A stretch of 63,974 nucleotides of DNA, the filler included, from Guillardia theta CCMP2712 (taxonomy: Eukaryota; Protista; Cryptophyta): assembly GCF_000315625.1 (NCBI RefSeq). It is 7 parts of 7 records of this genome, joined end to end, with 100 filler letters (N's around TTAATTAATTAA, not from the genome) between each part and the next. Parts side by side here need not be neighbours in the genome. Positions count along the whole stretch, not along the records: positions 19,755 to 49,695 come from NW_005434588.1; 6 more parts are not named here. The stretch is one strand, 5' to 3'. Below the pieces are notes generated by a model, which was not told the DNA's origin, ran no database searches, and saw nothing but the letters and a program-made list of their open reading frames with translations. Below are positions 24,506 to 41,900 of this stretch, in pieces (positions within the stretch are counted from its first letter, which is position 1; each line of letters starts with the position of its first letter). Made by a program: the position numbers and the translations under genes.

Positions 24506-25807
24506 ATGCTGGCGAAGCAGGGGATGGTGGTAGCCGTCCTCGTCGCTTCCACTCCCTGTTGCCTTCTGCTGCCCCCTCCTCCTCGACTTCAACTCTTACC
24601 TCTTCCCCTCGACGTCTCTTCCTCCGCCTCCATCCATCCTCCTCTCCCCTCCGCAAGCTCCCTTCGCACACCCGCCACTCGGATCCATGGCCATTCTATC
24701 AAGTCGTTCCCTCGCTCCTCTCCTGCTCTTGCCTTCAACGCCCCTTGCTCCGATGGCTTCAAGACGGACGAGCCCTTTGGACCTCTCTCCTTTGAGCAAG
24801 TGCCAGGGGTCATCGGTACCTTCAACAGTTTCTACTTGTGCGAACGATGCGGATTCCAGTGCGAGAATGTCACGGGAATGGATGAGCACAAGAAAGGTTG
24901 TACCGCCCCTTACTTCCTCGACAACTGCAGCTCATCAGAAGACAGCTACGACCCCTTGACGGATCTCAACGATCCCAACGGCTACAAATATTCCATCAGC
25001 TTCGCTTCACACTCCCCAATCTTCCGCATGCTCGAGAGCGCCAAGCGTTCCCTCGCAGGCCGCACAGACCATGGCAAGAAGTTGAACACTTGCTCGCTCA
25101 GGAAGGCCGTCTCTCCTCCGATCACCCTGATGAGTGTTGGGAGGGGTTGCCACCGGGTCCTCCTGCGGACTTGTATGCCCAACAATCTTGGTCGGAGGAT
25201 GAGAAGAAGGAACGCGCTATCAATGAAGGCAAGCGGATGGTCAGACAAGCTGTCGTCTGCCTTTCAGAGGTCAGCATCCAAGGTCGGGCGTGCGAGTGTC
25301 TCCCTGAAGGAGGTGAGGATGTCTCCTCATCGTCGACCTCTCTGTGGTGAGTCTGACATGGTCCAGTGGGTGCTCAGCAAACTTGCAAGTTTCATCAAGG
25401 AGGTTTGGAAACCTGTCGCAACACGTCCCGCTGACCCGCACCCTCCCTGTTTGTTACAGATACGGGAAAGTCCGCAGGTCATTCAGAAGCATGGTATCAG
25501 CGGTGTGTTGATGTACGGTACGGCACAGCTCGACATTTTGGGTGGGTTGAACTGACAAGGCTCTGGCGCAGGAGCTATCAGCCATCTGACATACAGGTAA
25601 AGAAGTTCTTTTTTGTCTTGCAAAACAACATGTCATGCACACGATGATGACCGATGAAACTTCACAGTGTTTGTATTGTCGTCTCCTGGATGCTCCACGG
25701 TAACTTTCCCTTCCTCATCCTCTCCTTGGTCACACTTCCATATCTATAGGCCTGCGGACGGGATTCTCTCCACTAGATCAAGAGCAGGTAGACCTTTGTG
25801 CTGGTCT

Positions 25808-25855
<48 letters not shown>

Positions 25856-26302
25856 CGTCCACGTCCTCGTCCTCGTCCTCACTCGACATCGTCCTCTTCC
25901 CTGTCCCGGTTCCCATCCCAGTCTTCCATCAGCTCCACCTCCTTGCCGGCCTGCCTCCTGACACTCTTGCAGTGGAAGGGCTTCTTCCTCCTGTACCTCG
26001 CCGTGTGCAGCTCGCAGGTCTGCCCCTCTGCTCCTCCTGCCCTCCACTGACGTCTCTGCAGTTCTGGCTCCGCCCTCTCCGCATCACTGCAGCTCTGACG
26101 CTCGCGCCATGGCATTCTCGCGTCTTGAACAAGCTTCAGAAGGCTTTCAGCACACCCAAGTGACCGCAGCTCTCCCCTCCCCTCGTTCCTCGTGACGTCC
26201 CCTTCATGGCTGCAGAGAACTGGCTCTCGGAATCCTCCTCTTCCTTATCAACATTCTCCTCCCCCTCGTCATTCTGCACGTCGGCCTCCGCGTCTCTGCG
26301 TA
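24506..26302 (+). CDS. Hypothetical signal-peptide protein with a CxxC..H..C finger-like segment and C-terminal DUF1279/FAM210-like membrane region
   Basis: YLCERCGFQCENVTGMDEHKKGC; exons HGISGVLMYG, WKGFFLLYLAVCSSQ/FWLRPLRITAALTLAP. Confidence 0.45.
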
Positions 26303-28892
26303 AGAGCCTTCCTGCCTTCCCACCGAGCTGACCTTCTTCAGATTTGTTCTCAACGCTCCTCTCTTCCCCGACCGCCCTCCTCTCATGCTGTGGGAGAAAG
26401 CTGCAGTGGTCATGGGAGCAATCTTGGGGCAGGTACAACCTGCTCCTCCTGCCTTTTCCCCTCCTGCTCCTCCTACTCCTACTCCTCCTCCTCCTCCTGC
26501 TCCTACTCCTCCTGCTCCTCCGCCTGAGTTTCAAGCAGGTCATCGCCGGACCCCTCGGATCCATCGGGGGCATCATGTGGCTGTACGGTTTCTCCGCCTC
26601 CAGAATCGTTTCCATCCTGTTGTTGGGATAAAGTGGCTGAGCTTCGCCCTGCTGTTCTCTAACAGCTCGCCTGCTGCTGCTTGCGCTTCGCTGCTCGCTG
26701 CTCCCCCCTCCTCGCTCTACAAGTTGAGATTCTCCTTCTTGTTGCTTCCTCGGAGAGTTCCGCTCCTCCACTTCACGCGCTTTCCTGGAGCAACAGGTGA
26801 GTACTTGGCATGTACATGCTGAACCCTCACGGGGCTTGCGGGCCGAAACTTTGAGGGGAGAGGTGGAGATATGCACTGAAAGAACCGTAAGAATGAGAGA
26901 GGAAGAAGGGAAGGGGAGAGGAAGAGGGAGAGGGAGGAAAGAGAGAAGAAGGAGAGGAAGAGGAAGGAGAGAAGGGAGGGGAGTAAGAGGAGGGAAAGAA
27001 GGTAGATAAGGGAGATTAGGTAGAGGAGCAAGGAAGGGCTGGGGAGGGGGGAGAGAGAGAAGGGAGAGAGGGGGGGAGGTAGAGGAAGAGACATATTGGA
27101 TCCGTGTCGCTCCTTCGCTTGTCGACCTTCCCGCCCTCCTCACTGGATGGATTGTTGGTCAGACGATGCGAGCGGGAGGAAAGTTAAGACTCACTTGTCA
27201 ACATGTTGCACCTGGCAGTGCGAGAAGGGAAGGCAGGGAGAAAGAAGGAAATCAGATGAACAAACATCGCAAACACAAGATTGGCAAATCTTCAACTCAC
27301 ATTGCCTTCATCGTCGATGTACATCTTGTCAAGGTGTCAGTGTCACAGGCACGGACTCTCACGCAACCACCTTGTCTCGAGTGTCGACACCCTTGCCCTT
27401 GAGTATTGCCTTCTTCATCAGCTGCGGGGAGCAGGTTGAGCAATCAACAAGGCAGGCGCACAAAGATGTAGTCAAGTTGGCTTGTCAAGCTAGACAAGGA
27501 ACAATAAGTTTCAAATCTATCGACCTGTGGGTGGGCATACACCGTCGGTCGTTCTCTTGACCGCTGCAGCCGTTGCTGTAGAAACGTTGAGGTCGGTACA
27601 AGGTTTCTTCATCGGAGCAGGCAGTAGCGCTCACCCCGTAGCTGTTGCCGTAGATCTCTTCAGAGCGGACGAGGCGTTTCCGTGGTTCAATGACCGTGCG
27701 ATCCTGAGGACGAGAAGTCAAGTGGATCAGAGAAGGACTAGTAGATGCAGGAGAAGGAAGTATGAACGAGAAAGTAGGACGATAATGGAATGATTGAGAT
27801 GAGTTGCGAAGTCATCGAGTTGGAGTTGGAGGAGGAGACGATCGGGGAGGACGTAGCAGTGGGAGCGGCATGATTTGAAGTAGGATCGGACGACGGTGGA
27901 ATGAGATACGACAACATGGAATGTAAACATGGCAGGAGAGAAGATTATCAAGAGATGGAATAGGGAGGAGTATCTCCGAACCTGCTCCTCCATCTCAGAT
28001 TCGTCATCGTCATCGCTGTCCCCGGCCCTGGTCCCAACTGAAGGAACAAGTCAACGATTTCATGGATGCAATGGAGAAATCACCAGAGAGGGGGCCCTGG
28101 GTTGTTGCTGGCGACTTCTTCAGGGGCACCAGGATGGATGAGATGCGCGACAACTGCGATGAGAGTGAGAAGGAGGCGGAGGAGAAGGCTGGACCTCTTG
28201 AAAGGCTTCTTTCTTCCTCCTCCTGTGATTTCTCTTCTGCGTCCTGGTTTGTCCCTGGAAGATGAATGAGACGAAGAACAAGTTCTTGTGTGAGAATGTA
28301 GTTGACAAGTCATAACAGGTGAAGCCTTGAATGTAAGACAACAGTGGAAGAAATCAGCAAATCAGGTCGAGCAGGCAGGAATGGGCAACAGCGATGTGAG
28401 TAAAAGTTGACGAGTAGAGAGGAACATGCAAAGAACCAGGAAAGGTCAAGCATCATTATCCACGGCATCAATTGGAAAATACATTGTTGGTGGATGTTGT
28501 TCGTTTCAGCAGCTTTTCCCGCTCGTCGAATTGCCTGAAAATTTTGAATAACTACAAAAATAAATCATCGGCAAATCATCATGATACCTCTGAATCTCAT
28601 TGTTGTCGAGCCCTGAATCCTTTGAGCTCAACTTGAACTCTTCCTCCTCTGAGCTCTCAAACGCTGCTCCCTTGTGTTTGCCGCCTTGCTTGACCTTGCT
28701 GTCTTGTTCTGACAGACCGGCCTCAACAATGGCTCTCAATCGTCAAGACAAAGTACAAACTTTCTTCAGGCGCGGGTTGCGGAGCATTCGTCTTAGTCAC
28801 TGGATCGGGTGGGTCCACGAAGGTACACTTTTCCATCTGGTCTGGCATGTGAGCAAAGGAGAGAGGAGGGGAAAAAGACAATGAATTGACCA

Positions 28893-30021
28893 TCAGCCTT
28901 GCTGGCCTGTTCTCATCAGCCCACACGTTGTTATGCAACTGAACGGGATGAAACCAGTCAGAAACTTCGTTTCCCCGATGTGCCTGTGAAACTCACTTTC
29001 GTCTGCTCCAGGGTCAACGAACAGTTGTTGCCTTCCATCACCTGACAAGACGGTCACGTTGCTGCTGCTACACATGAAGACCAACGAAGATGGAGCAGAC
29101 AAAGGCTGTGCCCATCTTCAAAGATGTGCAGGAGACGGAGGCTGAGCCGCTCAAAGAAAAATGCGCCTGAGGAACGAGTCATCATCGAGCAAGCAAGGTT
29201 GTGATGAGATAGACAAGCTTCTTGCGAGTAAGACATCAGAATTATCATCACCGAGTTGCTTCCGAAGGAAGACCTTTCAATCCTCACTTCTGAATCTCCC
29301 ACCGCTCTAATGCCACTGTTTGCACAGTTGGCAAACCTTGAGCTCTGTGCATAGCACCACGAACTCTCGGCAAGCACGACTCTGTTCCAGTCGTCACCAC
29401 ACCTCTCACAGAGCAGCATCGCATCGCAACTCACGCTGTCAGTGATCGCTTCTCCTCGTCTCTCCCTCCCATGATGCAATGCTTGAACGTCGCTCTCCCC
29501 ACCCCCGAGAGCAGGATAGACGTCCCGTCCAAGGCATACACCCTGCAGTCCTCGAACCTCCAGGGATCGATGACATCAGTGATGGCATGTATCTGAGCGA
29601 TCCCGTTGCCCCCAAGGATGTGCATGCACGTCTCCTCCGCCTCCGCCTCATGCTGGAAGCAGATATTCGACAGCTCCCCCGTGGAGCCAGGAAGGAGCAT
29701 CCACCTTCCATGTATGACCGGGAAGAAGTTGGGTCCCGCGTACAGCTTGACATCTGTCTTATGAACAGCAAGGCGTCCACCCAAGTAGTGATTTCCTTCC
29801 TCGATGTAGATGGGGAGAGGGAATTTCACCCCAATGGCTCGGTCCAGGGTCGGGAAGTCCGCCGGGAATCGGATCTGCAGCTGCGTCTTCGGCTTCTCGA
29901 CGAAGATTTTCCTACGGATGGGACCTCTCCTCTTGTACTCGCCATGAGCGCAGAGGACGAAGAGAGTCAAGATCACCCAGCAGCGGGTCATGCGATTGGC
30001 TGGACTGTGTAAGTGTTTCAT
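28893..30021 (-). CDS. Secreted right-handed beta-helix (pectin-lyase-like) protein, multi-exon; 3' end uncertain
   Basis: Signal peptide; RFPADFPTLDRAI..IYIEEGNHY, WRFEDCRV, ATFKHCIMGG, SRFANCANSGI, EVRIERSSFGSN repeats. Confidence 0.6.
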
Positions 30022-30969
30022 TCCTCGCTCTCAGGAGAATCGCCGGAACCAGAGCAGATGCCCCATTGTGATCTGAGCTCCTCTTAGCTCGTTTCCTCTC
30101 CACTCCCTTCTCCTTCCTCCGTCCCTCTCCTCCCCCCCCCCCTCCTCTCCTCTTCCATCCGCTCCCTGCTTCACTGGTCGCATTGTGACCGCATGTTTAT
30201 ATGATTTTGAGAAATTAATGCTATAGATTCAAAATTAATAAGGATATTTCAAAATAGAAAATAATTTTGGGAGGAGGGGTACTCTAAAGATGATTTGAGA
30301 GGGTCATTATACCCACCAATACCAGGTGGGGTCATTTAATTAGAGGGCCAGCCGACCTGGGTAGGTAGGGGTTCACAGGATTGGGAGTTGCACACAATGC
30401 GGGGGTGGGGGTGATCCATTCAACACGTATTGGGGCACAGGGGTTCTATGTTGCTGCTGGTTTCCCGGTGGGGTGATATATCACCCCCCTTTTTAGGTAC
30501 TATCTTCTCTGAATATAGCGGTACAGAGTGGTCATGGAAGACTTTGGTAGGGGTGTGAGGACAAAAAAGATGCAAGTAGGGGTGGGGGTATTTTACCCAG
30601 GGGGGGTGAGGGTGAAGGGTGTGGGGGTCGTGCACGGGCTTCGCGGAAATGATAGCGCAGTCAAGAGGCAATGAAAGGAGAGGAAGGGACGAGAAGGAGA
30701 CAAGGGAAGAAGAATGATGCTGTGATAGAGGAGAAGAGGAGAGGAGAGGAGAGGAGAGGAGATGAATGGGTGGAGAAGAGAAGAACGATGTAGAACAGAG
30801 AAGTTGGACCGAAAGGAGGTGGAGAGATGCGAAAAGAGCGGAAGAAGGCTGAAGAGGGAAGTGAAGAAGTGTTAGTTTTCAACACGTCATGTGTTCCAAG
30901 GAAAGCATAGGGAGGATCTACTCCTTGTAGTCATTGTCTCTCACCTGTATGCAGCCACATGTAACTGAT

Positions 30970-33268
30970 ATGATGCTCAGGAGCATGGCGTCCCGGAGGC
31001 TGCCGTCCAGCTTAGCCGCTCGTCTGCGAACTTGCAACCTTTTCAGGCAGGGTCAACGATGCTCCAACTGCGACTGCAAATTTGGCGAGATTTGTCCTCT
31101 GAAGGACATCGAAGATATCGTGTCTCCAGCATGCAAGGGAGACGGCAAGAGGAGCTACACTTCAGCAGGGTTGCGCCCTCTACAGAGCAAAGTTGTCAGG
31201 GCCAAGAGAGTGAGCGAGGGGGAGCAAGGAGGGCAGAAGTTGTCGACCTCTGCGTGTTTGTCGTTGATGAACGAGAGCTGTGCGGAGAACAGCTACGTCC
31301 CTGCGATAGCCGTGGAGATCGAAGACCATGGGATGGATGTCGAGTCGGTGCCAGGCACGACAGGTCCCGCGGCAGTTGGAGCGGAGGACAGGGTGGTTGA
31401 GGGGGTCGCCAATGGGGCGGCAGCGGTTCCTCTGAGCAGCAAGAGAGGAGAAATGATGTTCTGTGATGCTCTTGCTGCCGGAACGCTCGAGTCCTACTTC
31501 AAGCTGGTAGAGCAGATGAGTTTGCAGGAAGGGAACGAGAACGCTACCTCGAGGTTGTTTTGTGTGTTGGCTGGGTGGAAGCTGAGCACTGAGTTTATCC
31601 TTCAGCTTGTCAGTTGTGCTGAACGCTCTTGCACACGACTGTCAGCAAGTGTGGAAGGACCCATGGAGATGGAACACTGTCGATACATTGAAGGTTGAAC
31701 TTCTCCTGTGCAGATGGGTACTTGTTGACCTCTAGATTCTCAGAATTTTTTGTATGAGAAGATCGAAGGAAATGCAAGTGATTTGTCTCTTACTCAGGTA
31801 ATGAGTCTTACAAGCAGCCTGATAGCAATCAGATTTTAGAGGGGACAGGAAAGAACAGAGAAGAGGAGAGAAGAGAGAGTCTTTCTTTTCGACTATCCTC
31901 TTTGCATTCGCCCTTGTCTTGTTCCTTGCGAGGAAGGAGTGACTGGGAGAAAGGAGGAAGGTGAGAAGGGAGATTAAGAGGAAGAAGGAGAGGAAGCAGA
32001 AGAGGAGCACCATGAGCGAAATGTCTCGATCAACTTTCGTCTTGACTGTTATGCAGCTTTCAGCTCTAGCGCGATCCTGTGGGGCTAGAGCCCATGTGTT
32101 CCCTGCCGTCTCCTCCGCCGCCTCCATGTCTCAGTGGAGCCGAGTTCCTATCTACAACTCTGCTCTCTCGGCCTTCGATCACTTCCGGGCCCGGCTCAAG
32201 GTCTGCTAGCTGTGGGTCATGGTGCTCGAAACTCACTGAAGCCCCAGGCCAATGTGGGCGACTCGAAGTCGAAATCTTTCATCATAGTCAACTTCCGCTC
32301 CGACCAGGTTCAGTCCCCCTTCTCCTCTTCCTCCTCCTCCTCCCCCCCCCCCCCCCCTTCTCCACCACCACCACCTCCTCCTCCGCTTCCCTCCTCCGCT
32401 TCCCTCCTCAATGCTTGCCCTCTCCCTTTCTGCTCTGCCTCCCTTCGCTTCGACCTCACTCGAAGTGTCCCTACAGTCTCCTCTTCTCGTGAGATGCGGT
32501 ATGGAATCATTGGGGGCTTCAGCGAGAGTGAAGATGCCGTCCTCATCCTCGACGTGAGAAGGTGCTGCATGTTCCTCCCTCCCTCCCCTCTCCCTGCCCC
32601 ACTGCACATCCGTCCTTGCATGCTGGTTGTGCTATCACTCATCCCCTTCACCTCCTCTCCGCTTCACTTCCCTGCTTCACTCGCTCCTGACGATGTCGCT
32701 CAGAGCTTCGTCTCCGTACTGGCTCCGCCTCGATCGTCTGTGGCAAGGAATGTCCTCCTCCTCCCAAGGAGCTTGCGGCGGCTACATGATGGTCTCGACC
32801 TGGGTGCACGAGGAGGCGGAGGATAAGAACGCTCCCCTGTGCCCGATGTTTCTGAGGAGCTGGTCAGAGTCTTCGCTTCCGAGGAGGGAGGAAGGGAGGA
32901 CGAGGAGCAGGAGGATCCTGCTCCGCTGCTCGAGATTCTCGTGCGGGTCGCTGGGGGGTGCCATGGCAGCACGGGGCAGCATCCGGCAGCATGTGCTGCC
33001 GTCCCCCCTCCTCGCAGCGTCTGCCAAGCGGATCTGGGACTCGCTGCGCGGCATCGGGCGAGAGGAAGAGGTTGGGGCGTGAACGAACACAGGAGCTGGT
33101 GCTGGTGCTGGTGCTGGTGCTGGTGCTGGTGCTGGAGCTGGAGCTGGAGCTGGAGCTGGAGCTGGTGGAGAGGCAGGGGAGACTGTTCGAGCTGACGGAG
33201 GTAGACGGTGGTTTGTGCTGTTCAGCGCCCGGACTTTGACAGTCTTTGTATTCTTTTATTTCTTTGAT

Positions 33269-33270
<2 letters not shown>
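30970..33270 (+). CDS. Phytochelatin synthase-like protein, probably catalytically inactive
   Basis: VPLSSKRGEMMFCDALAAGTLESYFKLVEQ, SLSVVLNAL..VWKDPWRW, FIIVNF, IGGFSESEDAVLILDVR, PYWLRLDRLWQGM..GGYMMVS follow the PCS N-terminal domain in order. Confidence 0.82.
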
Positions 33271-37190
<3,920 letters not shown>

Positions 37191-39127
37191 CCTGAGAAAG
37201 AGAAGTTTGATGTCAACTCTCCTCCTCCTCCCTCTCCTTGTCCTCCCTCCTCCTCCTCCTCCCCTCAGCTCATTTTCTTGTCTACACAACGGCTGTCAAA
37301 AAGTTTTACACAAAAAAAAAGAAATATTTTGAAAAGGACACCAAACCAAGGAACACATCAAAGGGAGGGGTACTCTTCTTCAAGTACCCCTTATTTTCCC
37401 ATAATTTGAAAGCAAAAGTACCCCCTGAAAATACAACATTATCCACCCTACCACCCACTGCTCGGGAAGTTTGACCGTCCGACATGTCGGAATTGAAGGC
37501 AGCCCGCGCCATGGATGGGCTGCTGCGGCGCTTCCGAGCATGCAGCCAGGACGCAGCGAGGATACGAGTGAGTGAGAGGGAGAGAGATTCTTCGCCCATT
37601 GTCGTCTGCCTCCTCCTCATCTACATCACCTCGAGCAGCGCTGTTGCTGTGTGAAGTTTGAATTCGCGTGTCAGAGGAAAACAGGCATGCTGCTATGTTG
37701 TGCTGCTTCCTCGCAGATTCCACCAGTTTGTCTTCATCGATTCTTCAACTTCTCGTGTGACCTGTCGATATCGTTCTTATTCTCCCGCACAGTACTACGA
37801 GAGTTTGCTGGAAGAATGCATGGTCCGAAAAGCCGAGAGGTCGAGATCAGTGGAGTGGCTCAAACGAATCATTCGGAGCTTAAAGGTGAGCGGCTGTTAA
37901 CAACCTCACAATTTGATTCCGCATGAAGGGATTGGAAGAAGAAAGCCATGTGACCTCAACGATGGAGGAAGGGAGTCATCAAACTTCGCCAACCCCTGGC
38001 GTGCAAGCCAGTCTCGTGTTGTTCACTCCCATGAAGGTGATCCCGAGTGATTATGGCATCATGATGAGACGAAGGAGATGACAATTGTTTGCAGACTGAT
38101 GACGAACCTCCTTCTCTGTATCACTCCGCAAGCAAGCTTGGCGCCGTTTCAACGCCCTCTCTGCAACTGAGTGACAATGGTTGAACTGATGAAGGTTGTG
38201 GTTCCTTCTAACGTTTTGTGCCTGTGTCAGGAAAGGATATTGGAGTTGGGAAGATTCAGGTCTGACTTTCAACCTCAGCTCTCTCACTGTTGACTGTGAG
38301 CAGTACCCACTTTCAAACAGAAAATACTCCGTACCCACATTACCTGCGATTGCTAACGATACTCTGATCAGCGAGAAGCAATCAGTGAACGAGTGAGTTT
38401 TGTCATTACTTTTTCATTGTTTAATCTATGCGCTGATCTTCGCTGTTTCAAATCCCCTCGATTCTCGACAAAAGGACTGCTGCATCGTATCACAACGAAA
38501 TCGATTCTTGCTTGGTCCGACTTGCAGCACAACCTCTATCAGACGAAGTGAAGCTCTTACCTTTTGCACCATCTGATTTATTTCTCCCCTCAAGTAACCA
38601 GCTGTTGATAATTTTGAGCAATGGTCTTACAACTGAGTAGCAGCATCGAAGGATTCTGCTGTATCCGATACTCCAACAACTATCCAAAGCGAAGGTGACA
38701 ATCTTGATCACACTCGTTTCAAACGATTTTACTGTACCCCGACAGCAAGTATCCGATCGCACTTTGAGTTTCATTATCCATCGTCTTTTCTCAAAGGAAG
38801 TCTATCTAATTCGCCGCTGGTGTATACTCCTGTGGTAAATCTACCAATTCTCTTCGTTGTTGCTTCTTGCGCTTTCTCAAGTTTCTTCTAGGTCAGCCAA
38901 CCGCTTGTTATTCTTGGACAAACTCCCAGTACGGCATCAACACCTCCAGCTCCATTATTCCTCTATCCTTCCATGATTCTTCCGACAGTCCTACAAGATT
39001 CACAACAGTTCTCTCACTATCAGAACGTCTCTACCACTCAAAACGCCATGTTTGTTTGACTTGCGATGAGAACTATTGGTAGGCAGTCGACACAAGATTA
39101 TGTTCAAGTAAATTCATGTCCTTGCTT

Positions 39128-41900
39128 TAATTCTCACAAAACAGCTTTCCCAGTAGCGCATTTAATTCGCTTACTTTCTTGTTGTGGAAAGACTCTCTGT
39201 CTGCGGATTCTTTGTGAACTCCATCCATCTGCAAACGTTTAAAATTAATCAGAAAAAGAATTGCAGATCAGAATACATACGAATTCGAAACATTTCTCTT
39301 GCAGGTTAGAAACCCGATTTGGAAGCTCTCTCTTAATGTGCATGACTTGTTCAAAAATGAATGTTTTCTTGCGATGGGACTCCTCAACGTTCCGTTCTTC
39401 GTCAAAACTTACCTTTACCATGAAATTTCGAAACGATTCACATTGCTCCCGCATCAGAGTTTTGAGTCGTTTCCTTCTCGTTTGAATGTTTTCATTCTGG
39501 TTATTGTAATCTTGCATGACTTGTTTCAGCTTTTCACTTTGGAGAAGTTGGTAATGATCAATTTCCGTTTGCAGATTCAGCTTCTCAGCTTGTATTTGCA
39601 ATTCCAAAGACTTTCTCTTTTTCTGCACACATGCATGAATAAGAAATATGTAGATCTTTCAATCACATACCGTGAAAGTGAATTTGCACAAATCATGGAG
39701 CTTTCCTTCCAGGCTCATAACCCCCTTTTTGGCCGGGCTGCGAGCTTCGTCAAAGTCGCTGCCTTCAGAACGGCAATCGAACGAATCCTCATATTCTGAA
39801 AATTCATCGTTCTCATCCTTTGAGTCCAAGTTCAATCTGCAAGGAATAGAGTTTCCATGTTTGTTTCTGTCCCATTCAAAGCCGTTTGTAATGTTGCCAT
39901 TGCATGGCTCGAAGTCACTTATGGAGGAACAATCATCATCAAAATTCTTTTGCGTGTTGTCAAGTGAAAGAATTTTTGCCTGGGATAGTTCACATTCTGC
40001 TCTTTGGCAATTCGATTCGTTCTGAAAGTCAATTCTATAAGGCTTCAGGTCAATTTCGACGTACGGAGATTCGACATTCTGTCTTTCAAATGCCGGTGTG
40101 ACTTTGTCGCATTGCGAAACCTCTGTCAATATTGTACTTTTCGCAGAACTGGGGATGTCTTGCTGATTCCTTTGAAGATCTGTAAAAAGATCAGCTCAAA
40201 GCTTCCATGAAGCATATTCACCATTCAGAAATTTTTCACTTTCCATATCAGTCGCAAATACGAAGTCAATTTCCTTTTAACATGATTTTGAGCTCCTGCA
40301 TTTGTAACAAATTTGATACCTTCAGGTTTCCGCGATTGTCATAGGGTATAGGCTTTTGAAAAGAGCATCGAACGATTCGTGGGTCATCAACTTCTTTGTT
40401 GTATGATTGAACATTTGACGGCAAAATTTCTATCATCTCTGCTTCAAACTGAATTGGATTAGAACATGCAATCGAAATTGGTGCAATGATTGTCTCCACT
40501 TACATCTTCACTGTCGATTGCTGCCAAACTAATCCCGCCTTGATAAATGCTGAATGTGTCCTGTTGAAATCTCATTGTAAAAATCTTCATGAGTAGAGTT
40601 TACTTTCAATGCTCTCATTTCAACATCATTTCCAACTGATGCGGTAGTATCAAATCTCAGTGTGTCAAGTGCAAAACAACTTCACCAATTTTCTCGATCG
40701 CGTAGAGCCCAACATGTTTGTGCGATGCCTCATGAAAAACTAGGAATAATTCTCTATCACAATTCGAAGCAAGTACATCTTGAATGAGCTTGCAATCAAT
40801 CTTCGTTGATGTATTTGCATTTTGTTCCAGATTGTTCCTGATCCATGACTGAGCCCATTCATCTAGAAGGCACATCTCATCGTCCGGTTTCTCTGACGTC
40901 AAAGATTTAGACAACAATCGGAGAAACTGTATGCCTTTGACTCCATTAGGCCATGAACTATGTTTGTACATCACTCATGAATCATTACAAGCGGTACATT
41001 ACCCAACAACGAGAAAGCTGATAATGTTTGACAATTTGATTTCTGCCAGTTCAGCTGGATTCAACAAATGGCGAGCGATCTCAACCTATACATCAGGAAT
41101 CAACATCTCATTTGTGAAGCCAAGACTTCATAACAATTGAACCTCTTTGCACAAACTGCATAACGCGTCTAGCACATAGTACTTGACTCTATTCCATTGC
41201 AGAGAGTCGAGATTCATATCACAAATCCAATCTTGGTACAGGTTTTCCACCATCGACTTGCCGAGAATCTTACTGACTGCGAAATGTTATTAAACATTTA
41301 TTCGTGAACTCTCACCTTGAACTTTGGTATCCACCAGCGAGGCAATCATCTTGAGTTTGGATATCATCACGCTCGTTGTTTCTTCATTGGCAGTTTCTTT
41401 CACTCTTTTCGTGAATACTTCATAATTTTTCGAGACGGATGAGCAGAGCTCATCTACATCAAATGTTTCAGATATTGCAGTGTCTTGATCCTGATCCTGT
41501 GGAGAGAAAAGAATCGTCAAATCTAAGTCAATTACAACAGCTTTCCTTCAGATGACCTCTGGTATCGCATATTCGAAGATTAATCTCATAACTTCTAGTA
41601 TATCTGGTGCGTTCTGCAGCTTTCCCACCTGAAAACTGGGCATCATAATCGTCCAATACTTACATTGATTATGACCACCTGTATGTAAAGATCGAGTAGA
41701 GTTTTTGAACCGTCCTCGTTAAGCATGGGTTTGTTTTCAGCATCTGTCCGAATTTCGTATACTCTTTCAATTTGTTTTTGGAATGTCAGATTCGCAAAGG
41801 GATTCATCTGCAGAAATAGAATCACTGAGATGTCTGAATCGCATCCACTTCAATGATATCATGTCATCTTGTCTTAAATTGTTTGGGAGATCTTGCAATG
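39128..41900 (-). CDS. AT-rich multi-exon protein with acidic linker and C-terminal coiled coil (possible SYCP2/ASY3-like)
   Basis: Chain of minus-strand exons with short introns ending ..RRKRLKTLMREQCESF..KKVSELNALLGKLFCEN*. Confidence 0.45.

Noticed and set aside
23798-25555. 585-aa single-exon ORF
   Set aside because: The first ~235 codons are low-complexity or antisense sequence and later parts read through introns; the real gene probably starts near 24506.
26330-28880. Functional call for the minus-strand exons here and for 37483-39100
   Set aside because: They are probably coding, but I could not build reliable models or recognise a family.
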